From: Eledone cirrhosa
Taxonomy: Eukaryota
Assembly: GCA_964016885.1 (NCBI GenBank)
Contig: OZ024740.1
Location: 352,904,001 to 352,968,000, forward strand
DNA: 64,000 nt
Reading direction: 5' to 3'
Numbering within the stretch: position 1 is the first letter of the stretch; every line of letters begins with the position of its first letter. A program made the translations under genes and the position numbers. Of this stretch, positions 12,663 through 24,054 are shown piece after piece. The notes beneath the pieces are model-generated. The model ran no database searches, was not told the DNA's origin, and was given only the letters and a program-made list of their open reading frames with translations.

Positions 12663-15365
12663 TTATTCTGGTTTTATAATTTCACAAAGTTTTACCAATA
12701 GAGAGAGAGTCGGTTTCTAACATAGACACACGACTCTCTCATTCGAATTTACACAACATCAACTAGGTAGATTATGTATGCATGTATGCATGTGTGGATA
12801 TGGATGTTATTGTATGTGTGGATATGTATGTTTTGAGTTGTATGTGTGCATGTGTATATGCTTTGTATCTGTACATGTGTATATGCAGTTATTAGATGCA
12901 ACATTTTTGGAATGTTTTACATATTTTTACTGTTCCATTAATGGATTGTACTTGTAATTTCCTAACTAGTTGTGTTCTTTCTGTTCCTGTGAAGCCTAGC
13001 TTCTCAAGATTTGTATTGAGGCAGTTACTAACATATCCCAGTGCCCCAATAATCACAGGCATAAATCTGAAGGTGTAATCAGGGTACAGTATCTGCAGAT
13101 TTCTCATCAGTTCTGCATAAATATTCTCCTTTTTGCTAATCTTTGATATTATATTGGCATCTGCTGGGCAGCTAACTTCCACTACTGTACATGCTTTCTT
13201 TTCCCTGTCGCATATCATAATATCTGGTCTGTTATGCCTGCATTTTATTGGGGCTTTTACTGGAACATTCCACCAGTACTCTTTCATATCATGTATATAT
13301 GGATGTCTTCCACATTGCTGTAGCTTTTAATGTATTTATTATCGGGGCTATCTTTTCTACAGATTGCATTATACAGTGTTTTGGCCACTACATCATGCCT
13401 CAAAGGTAGATAGTACCGCGATGACATCTTTGGACAGCTGCTGATGACATGGGTGACATCTTCGATGTTAATTCTACAGTCTGCACTTGTTATCACATCT
13501 AGGTGTTTTGCCTGCATCCCTATCTCTTTTGTGAATCAGGTATTTCGTATTAATTTCCTGTTCTTGGATTGCAAAAGCGTATCCTTCAAAGTGGGAGCCA
13601 ATATAGCGGTTGTTGGTCCAAGATAGACTACATTCCTTATCTATATTACTCTCACTCTGGAGCTTCCAGGCAACACATCCATGTATGATTTTTTGCTGAT
13701 AAGTATGCAGTTTCTCATTCATGGATTTACTGCGATACTGCTGAGCGACGTCCCTGGGTGTGAGTTTTTGATTATCACACAAGGAATATCTCTCGAGGAG
13801 TTCCTTCCTAACTCTCATAATCTTATCTGTTTCATGCAGATAGACTTGCTCGAGAGACGGGCTCCTACGCTTCGAGGTTCGTAGATGTTGTCGGAGGGAT
13901 ATGATGCGACATTCAAATGCTGTCTGGACTGATGTTAGGCCTCAGCCTCCCTGCTTACGTTTCAAGGCGGTCTATGTCACTGTTGATGTGGAAGTTTCCG
14001 GTGTTGTTCATCTACCTTCTTCAGGTATCGGCGTTTTTCGCTAACAGCTCTCAATTCTTGTTTGAGGGTGATAAGCTTAAAGTGAAGAGTTCTGGTTCTA
14101 CTGTTACCAAACATCGTCTCTATTTTATTTTTCACTCTTTGTTGGTGAGGAGTGAGTTTTTTTTTGTTTGTTGGCATGTAAGGAGCATTGTCACATATCC
14201 TATGGTTTTTCGTAGGTCAGCAATCTTTTTTTCTATTTTAGTTATATATGATGGTATTTTTGGTGGTGTTTTGTTCTTGTTAATATATCTGCTATCACCA
14301 AGATAATGCTTCACTGTCGTTGCTAAGGCATATAAACCGGCGTTGATTTGCCAAAATGTTGGGGTTTTTATCCGTCGTAAATATTAATCCCCTATTTCGT
14401 CAATAACACGTAATATTTCATTATTTGGTTTTTTATTTAACATTGTTGTTTTAATACGTTCAGCAAGAGCGATATTTATACATGAATTAATTTCTCTCTT
14501 GAAGATTTCGTTGAGGGAAATTTTCAATTGTTTATACTTTTGATTATTATCATTATCGATAGTATTTTCCACAATAGTCGAGGTAGACTCGGATGGTACA
14601 CGTGGTGTCAAATTTCTTCGATTATTATTATTATTTCTTCGATTATTATTATTATCGATAGTGTTTTCCCCAGCATTCGAGGTAGACTTAGATGGTACAC
14701 GTGATGTCAAGTTTCTTACAGGCATAGTTGTTTCAAGGCACTGTTCGACCTGGCTGCTAGGAAGTCTAGTAGCATGGCGACCTGTAGCATGTGTTGTTGA
14801 TCCCATGTTTGTTGTGGGGGACTTACAATTAATAATATTTATCTTATTTTTAATTTTTACGTTCAACAAACGTCGCTTGTTGGCGTAATTGTTCCGCTGT
14901 GAAGTGATTTAGCTCTGGGTGTATTTCGTCCCAGTGTAGCTTCATTCTGTTCATATAGCCAATGGAGGGATTGTTTTTTGCCATTTTATAACAATTAAAT
15001 AAATCATCATTAAGTTCGCAACTCCAAGAGAAATGCGATTTATAATTTCGGTTTCTTCTGTAGCTACAACTGAACAAATTTTGTTTACCTTTCTCGTTGT
15101 TTTTCTTCGGTACTTCCTTAATGTTGTTGTTGTTGATGTTGTGTTCACCATGCTCTTTGTAACAAATCCTTGTAAAATGAATTATGTATTTAGTCGGATA
15201 TCTCTACGAATTCGAATAAAAGGTGTCTTCAGTAGATATAGTTAGGAGAATATCCAGTTATTCAACATGACTGGTAGTTGTGGCATTACTGTCGGATATA
15301 GTATTCATCTTAAATTTAATGAATAGTCTCCCACACATAAATATGCGACTGACGCGTTGACTGAC
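12663..15365 (-). mobile_element. R4/Dong-like LINE with both ends but RT deleted, in (TATG)n
   Basis: N-terminal ORF pieces 13977..15151 join post-RT region (NFHINSDIDRL), CCHC remnant (EDVTHVISSC), RHDVVAK and RLE (HNRPDI...VVEVSCP); no YMDD region. Confidence 0.75.
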
Positions 15366-15450
15366 TATGTATGTATGTATGTATGTATGTATGTATGTAT
15401 GTATGTATGTATGTATTATTATTATTATTTGTATGTATGTATTATTATTA
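15366..15450. repeat. (TATG)n then (ATT)n microsatellites
   Basis: Direct reading. Confidence 0.95.
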
Positions 15451-15469
15451 TTTTTATTGTTTATATATA

Positions 15470-15627
15470 TATATGTTTCTATGTTTTTTTTTCTTTTTCA
15501 TTTCTTATATAAATAATAAAAATCTTTACACGCACAAACCCCACATCGTACCGTCCTGTGCCGTCTGTAATGTTTTTCTTGATGCCAACCCTTGTGGCCA
15601 ATAAAGAAATCATTATTATTATTATTA
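15470..15627 (+). mobile_element. Tx1-family 3'UTR terminal fragment with (ATT)n tail
   Basis: CCCTTGTGGCCAATAAAGAAAT matches Tx1 termini near 36975, 40705 and 50358. Confidence 0.55.
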
Positions 15628-15820
15628 TGAGTGGGTTGGCAGCATCGGTAGAAGGTCGGACGCCATGCTTTGCAGCATAGAGTTACGGCCCTTTATGATC
15701 TGAGTTCAAATCCTGCCTAGGTTAACTTTGCCTTTCATCCTTACGGGGACGATAAAATAAAGTACCAGTTATGCACTGAGATAATTGCTGGCCTTGTGCC
15801 AAAAGTAGAAACAATTATTA
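15628..15820 (+). mobile_element. tRNA-derived SINE (Nin/Deu-like core), full length
   Basis: A-box-like TGGCAGCATCGG, B-box GAGTTCAAATCC, conserved core, ATT tail. Confidence 0.85.
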
Positions 15821-16899
15821 CCTTTGAATGGTTTGAAAAATAATAGTTTATTTTTATGACTGAATTACGTAGTCGAACTTTTTATACCTATTATTAAAAA
15901 TACCTTTTGGAGATGTATTTTTATATTTTTAAATTTATATTTGAACTGCACACCTGCTCTTATTAACTTTATAAACTTTTGTAATGCTTATGATATATGT
16001 TTATTTACTGATTATGATATATGTCTTGCACTGTACTTAACCTTTCTGTAGCAGCATGTTTCTCTATACCAGCATGTTTTTTAATTTTTCAAAATTTGTA
16101 ATGCTTTTAGCTGCTCCTAATTTTATTGCATTTATATACTTATTTTTGTCATATGCTTCTTCCCCTTTGCTATCTTTTCTTATATAAATGTAGATACTTA
16201 TGCTTACTTCCATATTATGTATCCTCCTAATGTTCTTATGACAAACCTCTTATGACAAACTTCTGAATGTTTATCATTGATTGACCAACAGTTAAAAATA
16301 TAGATATAATTATTTATATATAGTCTATCAAAGTTTTTTCGTCACACACCTGTGACATCACCAGCGGTACTATTATGTTTCCTCCCGTTGTATTGTAATG
16401 TCTATGCCATTTTTATTTATTTATTTATTCTTGTCTCTGTCTCTTTTTGCGCATGCGCTTGTGTGTGTGTTTTCTGTTTGGTGTGTGTGTTCGTGTCTGA
16501 GTCTATGTATGTTTGTATTCTATCTTTGTTCACTAGTATGCGTTTATATGTGGTTGTTGTTATTGTACCTGTGTACATTTATTTATATTTACCTTAGGTC
16601 AGTATTGTGTGTTTGTGTATGATTATTGTTGTTATTCCATTCATTTTTCTGTTTAACTTTGATTTTCTTAGTTCTATTTCAGTTGCTTTTCTGATTTGTC
16701 TACCCGTTGGGTACATCTTATGCTATAAACTACATTTCTAGTTTTACAATTTATTTGAGGATTTATTCTACATATAACACATTTCTTATTCATACAATGG
16801 GTTTTCTTAAATGGGCATGTTTTGCTGATGAGGGATTTTATGGTAGTTCCTGGCTTTTCTACCGCTTTAATTTTTAGATGCGTCTTTCTTGGGGCCTTT

Positions 16900-17270
16900 C
16901 TAAATAAACTTAGACAGGTAGTAGAACTATATACTAGGAGACCAAACAGACGGGAGATTCAACAACTTCGAAGAAAACCTGCAGAAGGCCTACTTAGCCT
17001 CATGCAGCGCACAAGGGATGGTGAAGTAGTGTGTCTACCTACAGACAAATCCGGTAGGATGTCAATAGACAGCATGCCAAACTACATCAAGGTTTTCCCT
17101 GCCCGTCCCTTCACTCTTTCTAATTTCTAATTCTTTCTTCTGATGAAGGATTAGCGTCCGAAATGTTAAGAGCCTCTTACTGTTATTTCAAGCGTTAAAC
17201 TAATATATTCCTTCCATATACTGTACCGATTGTGTTGTTATTTCTGTTTACCTTTTACACCCACCCACAC
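16900..17270 (+). mobile_element. PLE-like fragment plus pLTR piece
   Basis: VVCLPTDKSGRMSI (DKG-like motif) followed by a segment 17093..17265 that recurs inverted at about 56480..56642 and carries a hammerhead. Confidence 0.45.
17136..17171 (+). ncRNA. Minimal type I hammerhead ribozyme
   Basis: TCTT-CTGATGA-AGGA ttagcg TCC-GAAA-TG-TT-AAGA; the sister copy at 56570 has the AACGTT palindrome. Confidence 0.7.
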
Positions 17271-18235
17271 ATACTAATAATAGATAAATAAAGGTGTAGA
17301 GCAAATTTTTCTCCCAGATCTGGCCATCTTTACCCCCTCCCACTTTTCACATTATTTTAATTTGTTTTTGGTTTGTATCTTTATATTTATATCAAAACTA
17401 TAATAAAGTAAGGCCTGCGGGACTGCGTACGGTTTATTTCTTTTAATCCAGTAAGTAAAATAAGTTGGATTACTTTGAATAAATAATGAATGAATATTAC
17501 ATAATCTATGTCCTAAATTTTGAAACTAAATTTCGTAAACATAAATAATTTAAAATTGACTTCTTTTCAAATTTTTATTCACTTCCGGTATATCGTCGCC
17601 ACCACCACCACTTCAAAGGACAAAAACCTAGAATACAAGATTAACTGGTCAAAATTATCGGCAGCAAAAGCCTACAGCAACGGTATGTCCCACTGCGGGC
17701 TCTGTAATTTAGAACTGCTATATATTTTAAGGTACGATAATATGCTGCTTAACAGCAAAATAGAAAGATCCATTTTTTGTTGGCATAAAATAGCTACTAG
17801 ATTTATAAACTTCAAACCACCATGATTCGAACCAGCAATCCCAAAATTAGTACTGAACCACCTAGACTTTAACATATAGAATACATACTTTCACACCGCT
17901 ATTAGCTATCACAGGACCATAAATCTCTGTACACTTATTCCACCCTCTCTCCACCAACCTCATTAAGATAGAGCAACCAACATCTACAACAAACGTTTAT
18001 CAAATGACCTGTTAACCCATAAATAGTATACATCAATTAATCTCTATTTTATTGGTGCCTAGTTTACCGGACCCTCCACACAAATTTATCTACTTCTAAA
18101 ATCTCGCCTCTCATGTTAGCACCAAGGAACACTTTCTTAAGAACTACTAAAATCTAACTCTTCATTTCTTTTATTTCTTTGTATTTTCCATTTCCTCATT
18201 TTCTTCTTCTTATTATTTTTTAATTTACCCTACAT

Positions 18236-18573
18236 CAGTGCTACTCAAAGTGATGGTCCGCGGACCGGTGCCGGTACGCGAGCCATCAGCTACCGGTACG
18301 CGACCTTTCACACTAGTAAAGATTAAGGTTATATAATTTTTATTTTTGTGTTAATAAACTGCTTGTTATTTTTTTTTAATTACTTTTTTATGTTTTGATA
18401 TTGTATTATTTGTTTACAAAATAATTAGAAGATAAAGAAATGGTCAACTTTTATTATATTCATTATATATATCGTTTCCGGTATAAATTAATATTACTAC
18501 GAAATATTAGCGGTACGTGGCACATTGAAACAAAAATGCCGGTCCGCCACATCAGATAGTTTGAGAAGCACTG
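18236..18573. mobile_element. hAT (Charlie/MER5-like) MITE
   Basis: TIRs CAGTGCTACTCAAA / TTTGAGAAGCACTG; perfect 8-bp TSD CCCTACAT at 18228-18235 and 18574-18581. Confidence 0.9.
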
Positions 18574-18755
18574 CCCTACATTGTATCTTACTTGTCACTT
18601 TTTACATCTATAACTTCTCTATATATTTACCATACATGTTTTATTATTGATGTTATTGTTTTAATTATACGCTGCTCTATTATTGATATTATTGTTTTGT
18701 TTTACGCTATTCCTCTATATAAGTCTTGCTTCGAGTGAATTATTTTCATATCTAT

Positions 18756-18854
18756 GTGCTCTGATGTGTTGACAAGTGGTAAACAATGTATTGGAGATCG
18801 ATTGACGCAATTAGCGAACTCTAGACACCTGATCAACGAAACAATTGTCAGTAC
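18756..18854 (+). ncRNA. Hammerhead ribozyme with about 60-nt stem II insertion
   Basis: GTGCT-CTGATGT-GTTGA...TCAAC-GAAA-CAATTG-TC-AGTAC; A9 changed to T. Confidence 0.65.
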
Positions 18855-18937
18855 TTTAAATAAAGCCCTTATTGTACAGCCAACTATGTTACTCTTCTTT
18901 CTTTAACTTATATATATATATATATATATATATATAC

Positions 18938-19415
18938 GAAAAAGTATGACCCCGACGGCAGAGCTCAAGCCGTTTCGACGGCTATTTCTGGACTAAATTA
19001 GAATTTTTATCCTGGTGTATAAATAGCCCTATTTATTCACCAGGATAAAAATTCTAATTTAGTCCAGAAATAGCCGTCGAAACGGCTTGAGCTCTGCCGT
19101 CGGGGTCATACTTTTTCCTATTTCCCACTCTACTACCCTAAGTATTGAGTACTCTGGTGCGTTATGGTCCATTTGGTTCCTTACCACAATTCCTTTGTTA
19201 TATATATATATATATATAACGTAGGAAGTTTGGTAAGGAACCAGATGGACCATAACACACCATTTACTCAATACTTAGGGTAGGGTAGTAGAGTGGGTAA
19301 TAGGAGAATGTTTAACCCCGACGGCAGAGCTCAAGCCGTTTCGACGGCTATTTCTGGACAGAAATAGCCGTCGAAACGGCTTGAGTTCTGCCGTCGGGGT
19401 TAAACATTCTCCTAT
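18938..19415. repeat. Cluster of three adjacent fold-back palindromes built from a PLE pLTR-like unit
   Basis: Inverted arms centred near 19028, 19208 and 19358; a further copy of one arm at about 19970..20062. Confidence 0.85.
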
Positions 19416-19748
19416 ATATATATATAAATATAAATTAGCGAGAATCGTATTTCGGCTTTGGAATTAGCGAAAAACAACTTCCGAGATGTGTGGCAAGCGC
19501 TCAATAATTCTGACGAACCAGAGCTACAACATACGTTAAAGGCCAAACACACTGAGACGATGGTTAAACCGTCATCCGCACAGCCATAGAAACGACCAAG
19601 TAATTCGGGTCAAACAAAAAAAAATATGTGATTGAAAAAATTTACCCGGACCCCTGGATGGTTGGTAAAATACATCATTTGTCCGCTTAGACAAATAATG
19701 TTAGGCTTCTGGTAAGATGATTGAACAAGGAAGTCACTTTCTCAACAG

Positions 19749-19845
19749 GTTTTAGTTCAAGTGCAAGGCGAAGGAATGACCGTTACCGATACCTACGTGG
19801 GGCTCGACAAGGGAGGCAACCCTTATTTTTGGCGGATGAAATTCA
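19749..19845 (+). CDS. Candidate host internal exon, C2-domain/ferlin-like peptide
   Basis: tttctcaacag|...|gtatgt; translates VLVQVQGEGMTVTDTYVGLDKGGNPYFWRMKF, resembling the ferlin C2 TD...G.NWR..F segment. Confidence 0.4.
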
Positions 19846-20059
19846 GTATGTGTATATTATTGCAAAAATGCAAAATATCACAAAACGAATTAAGCTCTCA
19901 ACAGAATGGTTATAAGTTAACAAAAACTATTCATCAGTTAATAGAATCAATTATATATATATATATATATAACGAAGGAAATGTGGTAAGGAACCAGATG
20001 GACCATAACGCACCAAAGTATTCAATACTTAGGGTAGTAGAGTGGGTAATAGGAACGTT

Positions 20060-20161
<102 letters not shown>

Positions 20162-20276
20162 GTGTATTTTGCAATACACTGTATGCTTAATTAAAAGCAT
20201 TTCGAAGACCTTATGCTATTGTTTTAGAGTAGTGACAGTCTCACTTACTTTAGTTTTCAGCAAACAGGGGAGATAA

Positions 20277-20321
20277 AGCTGACAGAGCTCTGTTTCGCAT
20301 TTTTTGATGCTTATCAAAGCT
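20277..20321 (-). ncRNA. Type I hammerhead ribozyme, U3-A8 core
   Basis: Reverse complement AGCT-TTGATAA-GCAT caaaaa ATGC-GAAA-CAGAGCTCTG-TC-AGCT. Confidence 0.85.
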
Positions 20322-20674
20322 AACTACTCCTCCTGTTTGCCTCCTTTAAGATATGGTCGTTGTCCGACCATATCTTAAAGAAGTGGAACATTGTGAATTT
20401 TCCCTTTCTGCATGTTGCGAAGTGTTCACTGCATGTGGTGTTTCTGACAGAGGGGTCTCTCATTTGTTGTTTATGTATTCGTTCCGGTTTCACCAATGTA
20501 GTATTCTTTACATTGTGGGCAGGTCGCACAGTAAATCAAGGTTTTGGTTTTGCAATTAATGTTTGCATTAACTGTGAAAAACTGGTTATTTTTAAAGGAA
20601 AGTTGCCCACCCTCTTCAATGTGTTTACAAGTTCCGCATCAAGGGTCCCCGCATTTCTTAACTTGCATTGCTTC

Positions 20675-20865
20675 GGTGGATTGGCAGTATCCGTAGAGGG
20701 TCGGACGCCATGCTTTGCAGCAAAGAGTTACGGCCCTTTATGGTCTGAGTTCAAATCCCGCCGAGGTTAACTTTGCCTTTCATCCTTACGAGGTCGATAA
20801 AATAAAGTACCAGTAATACACTGGGATAATTCCTGGCAATGTGCCAAAAGTAGAAACAATTATTA
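20675..20865 (+). mobile_element. tRNA-derived SINE inserted into the PLE
   Basis: Same B-box, core and tail as 15628..15820. Confidence 0.85.
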
Positions 20866-23800
20866 GACGTAAATTTTGCCTTGGTAAGCAGTTTCTTTAG
20901 GTTGGGTGCTTGGCGTCTACTATATATAATTTGTGCGTCTTTTAGGAGTGCATTAATTTTAGGGGACTACTGGAGAATCGGGAGATATTGTTTAGCGGCT
21001 TTCACAATGTCCTTGGATTGTGAGTGATGACAAAAGGGTTAACTGTTTTTTTCCATTTTATTTTGTTGCTTTGTTTTCCTCAGTGTTGTCACTGGGATGT
21101 TCTGGGCTTTGGAGATGACTGTGTTGATGAGGTTCACCGGATATTCTTGTCTTTTAAGGAACTCTTTTAATTCATATAATCTTTTTTCCTGTAGTGTGGG
21201 GTGTGTTACTATGGTGCAGATGCGTCTTGCCATGTTAAAATGAATGTTCCTTTTGGTATGTGAGTGGTGTGCTGATCGAAAAATTCAAGTATTGGTGTGT
21301 GTCTGTTGGTTTGTAAAATAAGTCCGTTTTGATGTTTTCCCCTTACGGTATTTCCTTTTTATTACATTCCATGGTAAATTTTATTGCTTCGTGAAGACTG
21401 TTTATGATGGAATGGAATCTTTGCAGGTCTTCTTGGCTTCTATTCCAGAAGATGAAGCAGTCGTTTAGGTAGCGTTTCCATTTGTAATTAATGTAAGTGG
21501 CGAAGTCATGACTGAATGTTTCCTGCAGTTTGGAATGTAATTTTGCCTCTAGGTAACCCATAACAAGTGTTGCATATGTTGGGGCCACTTTGGTGCCCAT
21601 GGCCATTCCTTTTATTTGTAAATACAGTTCGTTATCGAAAAGGAAGTGGTTGTTCTCCAGTAATAATTTGAGTCCTTCCAAAATAATTTTTTTGGGGAAT
21701 CTCTCTGAAATGTAATCTGGGTGTTTTGTAATCCAGAAGTCAACAACTTCAATTCCTAAGTCGTGTGGGATGTTAGTATATAGGCTTGTTACGTCAAAGC
21801 TGACTAAGATTGTTTCTTGGTGTACTTTCTGGGGGATAAAGTTCAGGAATTCCGTATCATCTCTGATGAAGCTTGGCATTTTTTTTACATAAGGGTTTCA
21901 GTATGATGTCTAATAGGTTGCTTAGACGTTGTGTGCTTGAGGCTGGATCAGCAACAATTGGGCATCATTTTAAATCTGTCGGTTTCCGTACTTCAACATA
22001 TGATGTATTTTTGCCTTTTATGTTGTTTTGGATTTCTCTGGATTTGTGAACCTTCGGTAAACCATAGAAATTGCCGGTTTGCATTTCGAAGTTGGTTAAG
22101 TAATTGATTTCCTTTAGTGTGAGGTTGTTTTGGTACTCAGTCGTCAGTTTGCCTACTTTAATCATCGATTTTCTTCGTTTTATTTTCTGTAAAAATCCTC
22201 GTTATTCAACTGTTCTAGGATCATATCCTTGTAGTAGTTTTTGTCCATGATGACGATTGCTCAACCTTTGTCCGCTTCTTTTATGATTATTGGGGAATCT
22301 TTTTGTAGTTTGTTTAGTGCTAGCAGTTGGTCTGTAGGAATGTTGCGTTTGTGTTTCGTCTCTGCAATATTTGACTGTCCGATCGTCGGAGGCAGGTTAT
22401 GTATTCCTCTAGGTGTTTGTCTCTATTTAACGGAGGTTTGAAGTTCTTTTTGTTTCTCATTAGTGATTCCTCCTCATATTCTACACCCTGGAAGAATTCT
22501 CCTAGAAGTAATTTTTGACAAAAACCTTCTGTGTCTTTTATAAGGTCGGCTTGATCGGCTTTTGGAGTGGGTGTGAATTTCAGTCCATTTTCTAGCAATT
22601 TTATTTCCTGTTGTGTTAGTTTTTTGGCCGATATGTTGATTATTTTTGGTTCCTTTGGAGTTTTCCCGTCGAATGCCACTTGAAGGGTGGTGTTCTTTTC
22701 TTTTTTCCTTTCATTTGGTGGGAGGCACCTTGTTCTAAAAATAATTCCCATTTGAGATAGCGATGTTTCTGTTGTGGTGAAATATTCTGTTCACTGGCAT
22801 TTCATGTTGATAATTTTCTGAACCGTAGTATTTTGTTTGGGGGTCTAGTTCTTCTGCTGTTCCGTTCGGTCTTCATATGTCTTTGATTTTGCCGCTGGTA
22901 ATTGTTCTTGGGGTTTTGATAGTAGTCGTATCTGGTTCTGGTGTTCACAATTTGGTCTGTGTATAATTGTGTGTTCGGATTCTCCGATCTCTGGTTGATG
23001 TTTGTTTATTGCGTTAGAATTCTTCATTTCTTGAGTTTTTGTATATTACCGAATTTGAGGGTTTCTTATGGGCTTGTTTTTTTTATTCTATTTGGACTTT
23101 CCCATAGTTATTTTCATATTCTTGTAGCCATTGTGTTCTTGACTCCAAGATTTTCTTTGATTTTAATTCCTCTCTGGTTGCATCGTTTTTCCAAAGGTCA
23201 AAGAGTTTCCCCCGTTCATTGCCGATGCTCTTTTGTTTATTTCTTCTCTAATGGCGGTGTCACATTTTTCGAATTTTTCTTTAAATTTTGGCACTCTTAG
23301 ACGGAATAGAGTCATTTCTATCTCAAGTTTCTGGAGTGCTAGATTTTGTCTTATTTTAGTTTCTTCATTTGGTTTTGATGTAATTTCTTTAATCCGGAAT
23401 TTTCTCGGGAGGATAACTTGTTCTTTACTTCGCCATATCTCGTATGTGTCCGCTAGGTTTTCAATCCTCAAGGCTTTCCAGTAAGCCTGTTTTCTTTGGC
23501 TTAGTATTTGGTTCCAACTATTTTTCATTTGGTTTCTTTTTTTGAAAGCTTCTTTTTCCAGATTCAGTTCATTCCATTCTTTTAACGCATTTTGAACGAT
23601 GGAATTCTGGCCGTGTGTCACTATTTCCGAGGGTGAGATTTGTTCTTATTTCTGGTGGTCTGCAATTAGGGAATCGAGCTTCTCCTTATAACTGCCTGTT
23701 TGTTATTCCATTTCATGTACGATATTAGTAAGAGAGTCGTACTTACTTTTAATTATGGAGAGTTTTTCTGAGATTTCCTGTAATATTGTCTCCGATTTGA

Positions 23801-23976
23801 GGGATTCAGTAACAGATTTTGAACGTGTGTTAGCCATTCTGTCGTGTACAAGGTGGTAGCATATTGGAAAATGTGTGAGATCCTTGGTACAGTTAGGTAT
23901 ATTTGAAAAAAGGAAAAGAATGACTTCCCTTGTAGTTCTAAATAATTTGATTTAATTTTATATGATAATATGAGTT

Positions 23977-24050
<74 letters not shown>

Positions 24051-24054
<4 letters not shown>

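Larger units (their letters stand above)
17614..18910 (+). mobile_element. Naiad-like PLE 3' fragment (GIY-YIG C-terminus + pLTR) ending in (TA)n
   Basis: YKINWSKLSAAKAYSNGMSHCGLCNLELLYIL...CWHK is closely similar to the C-terminus of 33880..34836. Confidence 0.8.

Noticed and set aside
15195-15240. CTGAAGA on the minus strand in the Dong-like 5'UTR
   Set aside because: No stem II pairing and no GAAA; not a hammerhead
15628-15720. tRNA gene
   Set aside because: A and B boxes only; no cloverleaf; it is the head of a multi-copy SINE
16825-16856. CTGATGA followed by a hairpin
   Set aside because: No GAAA or stem III follows
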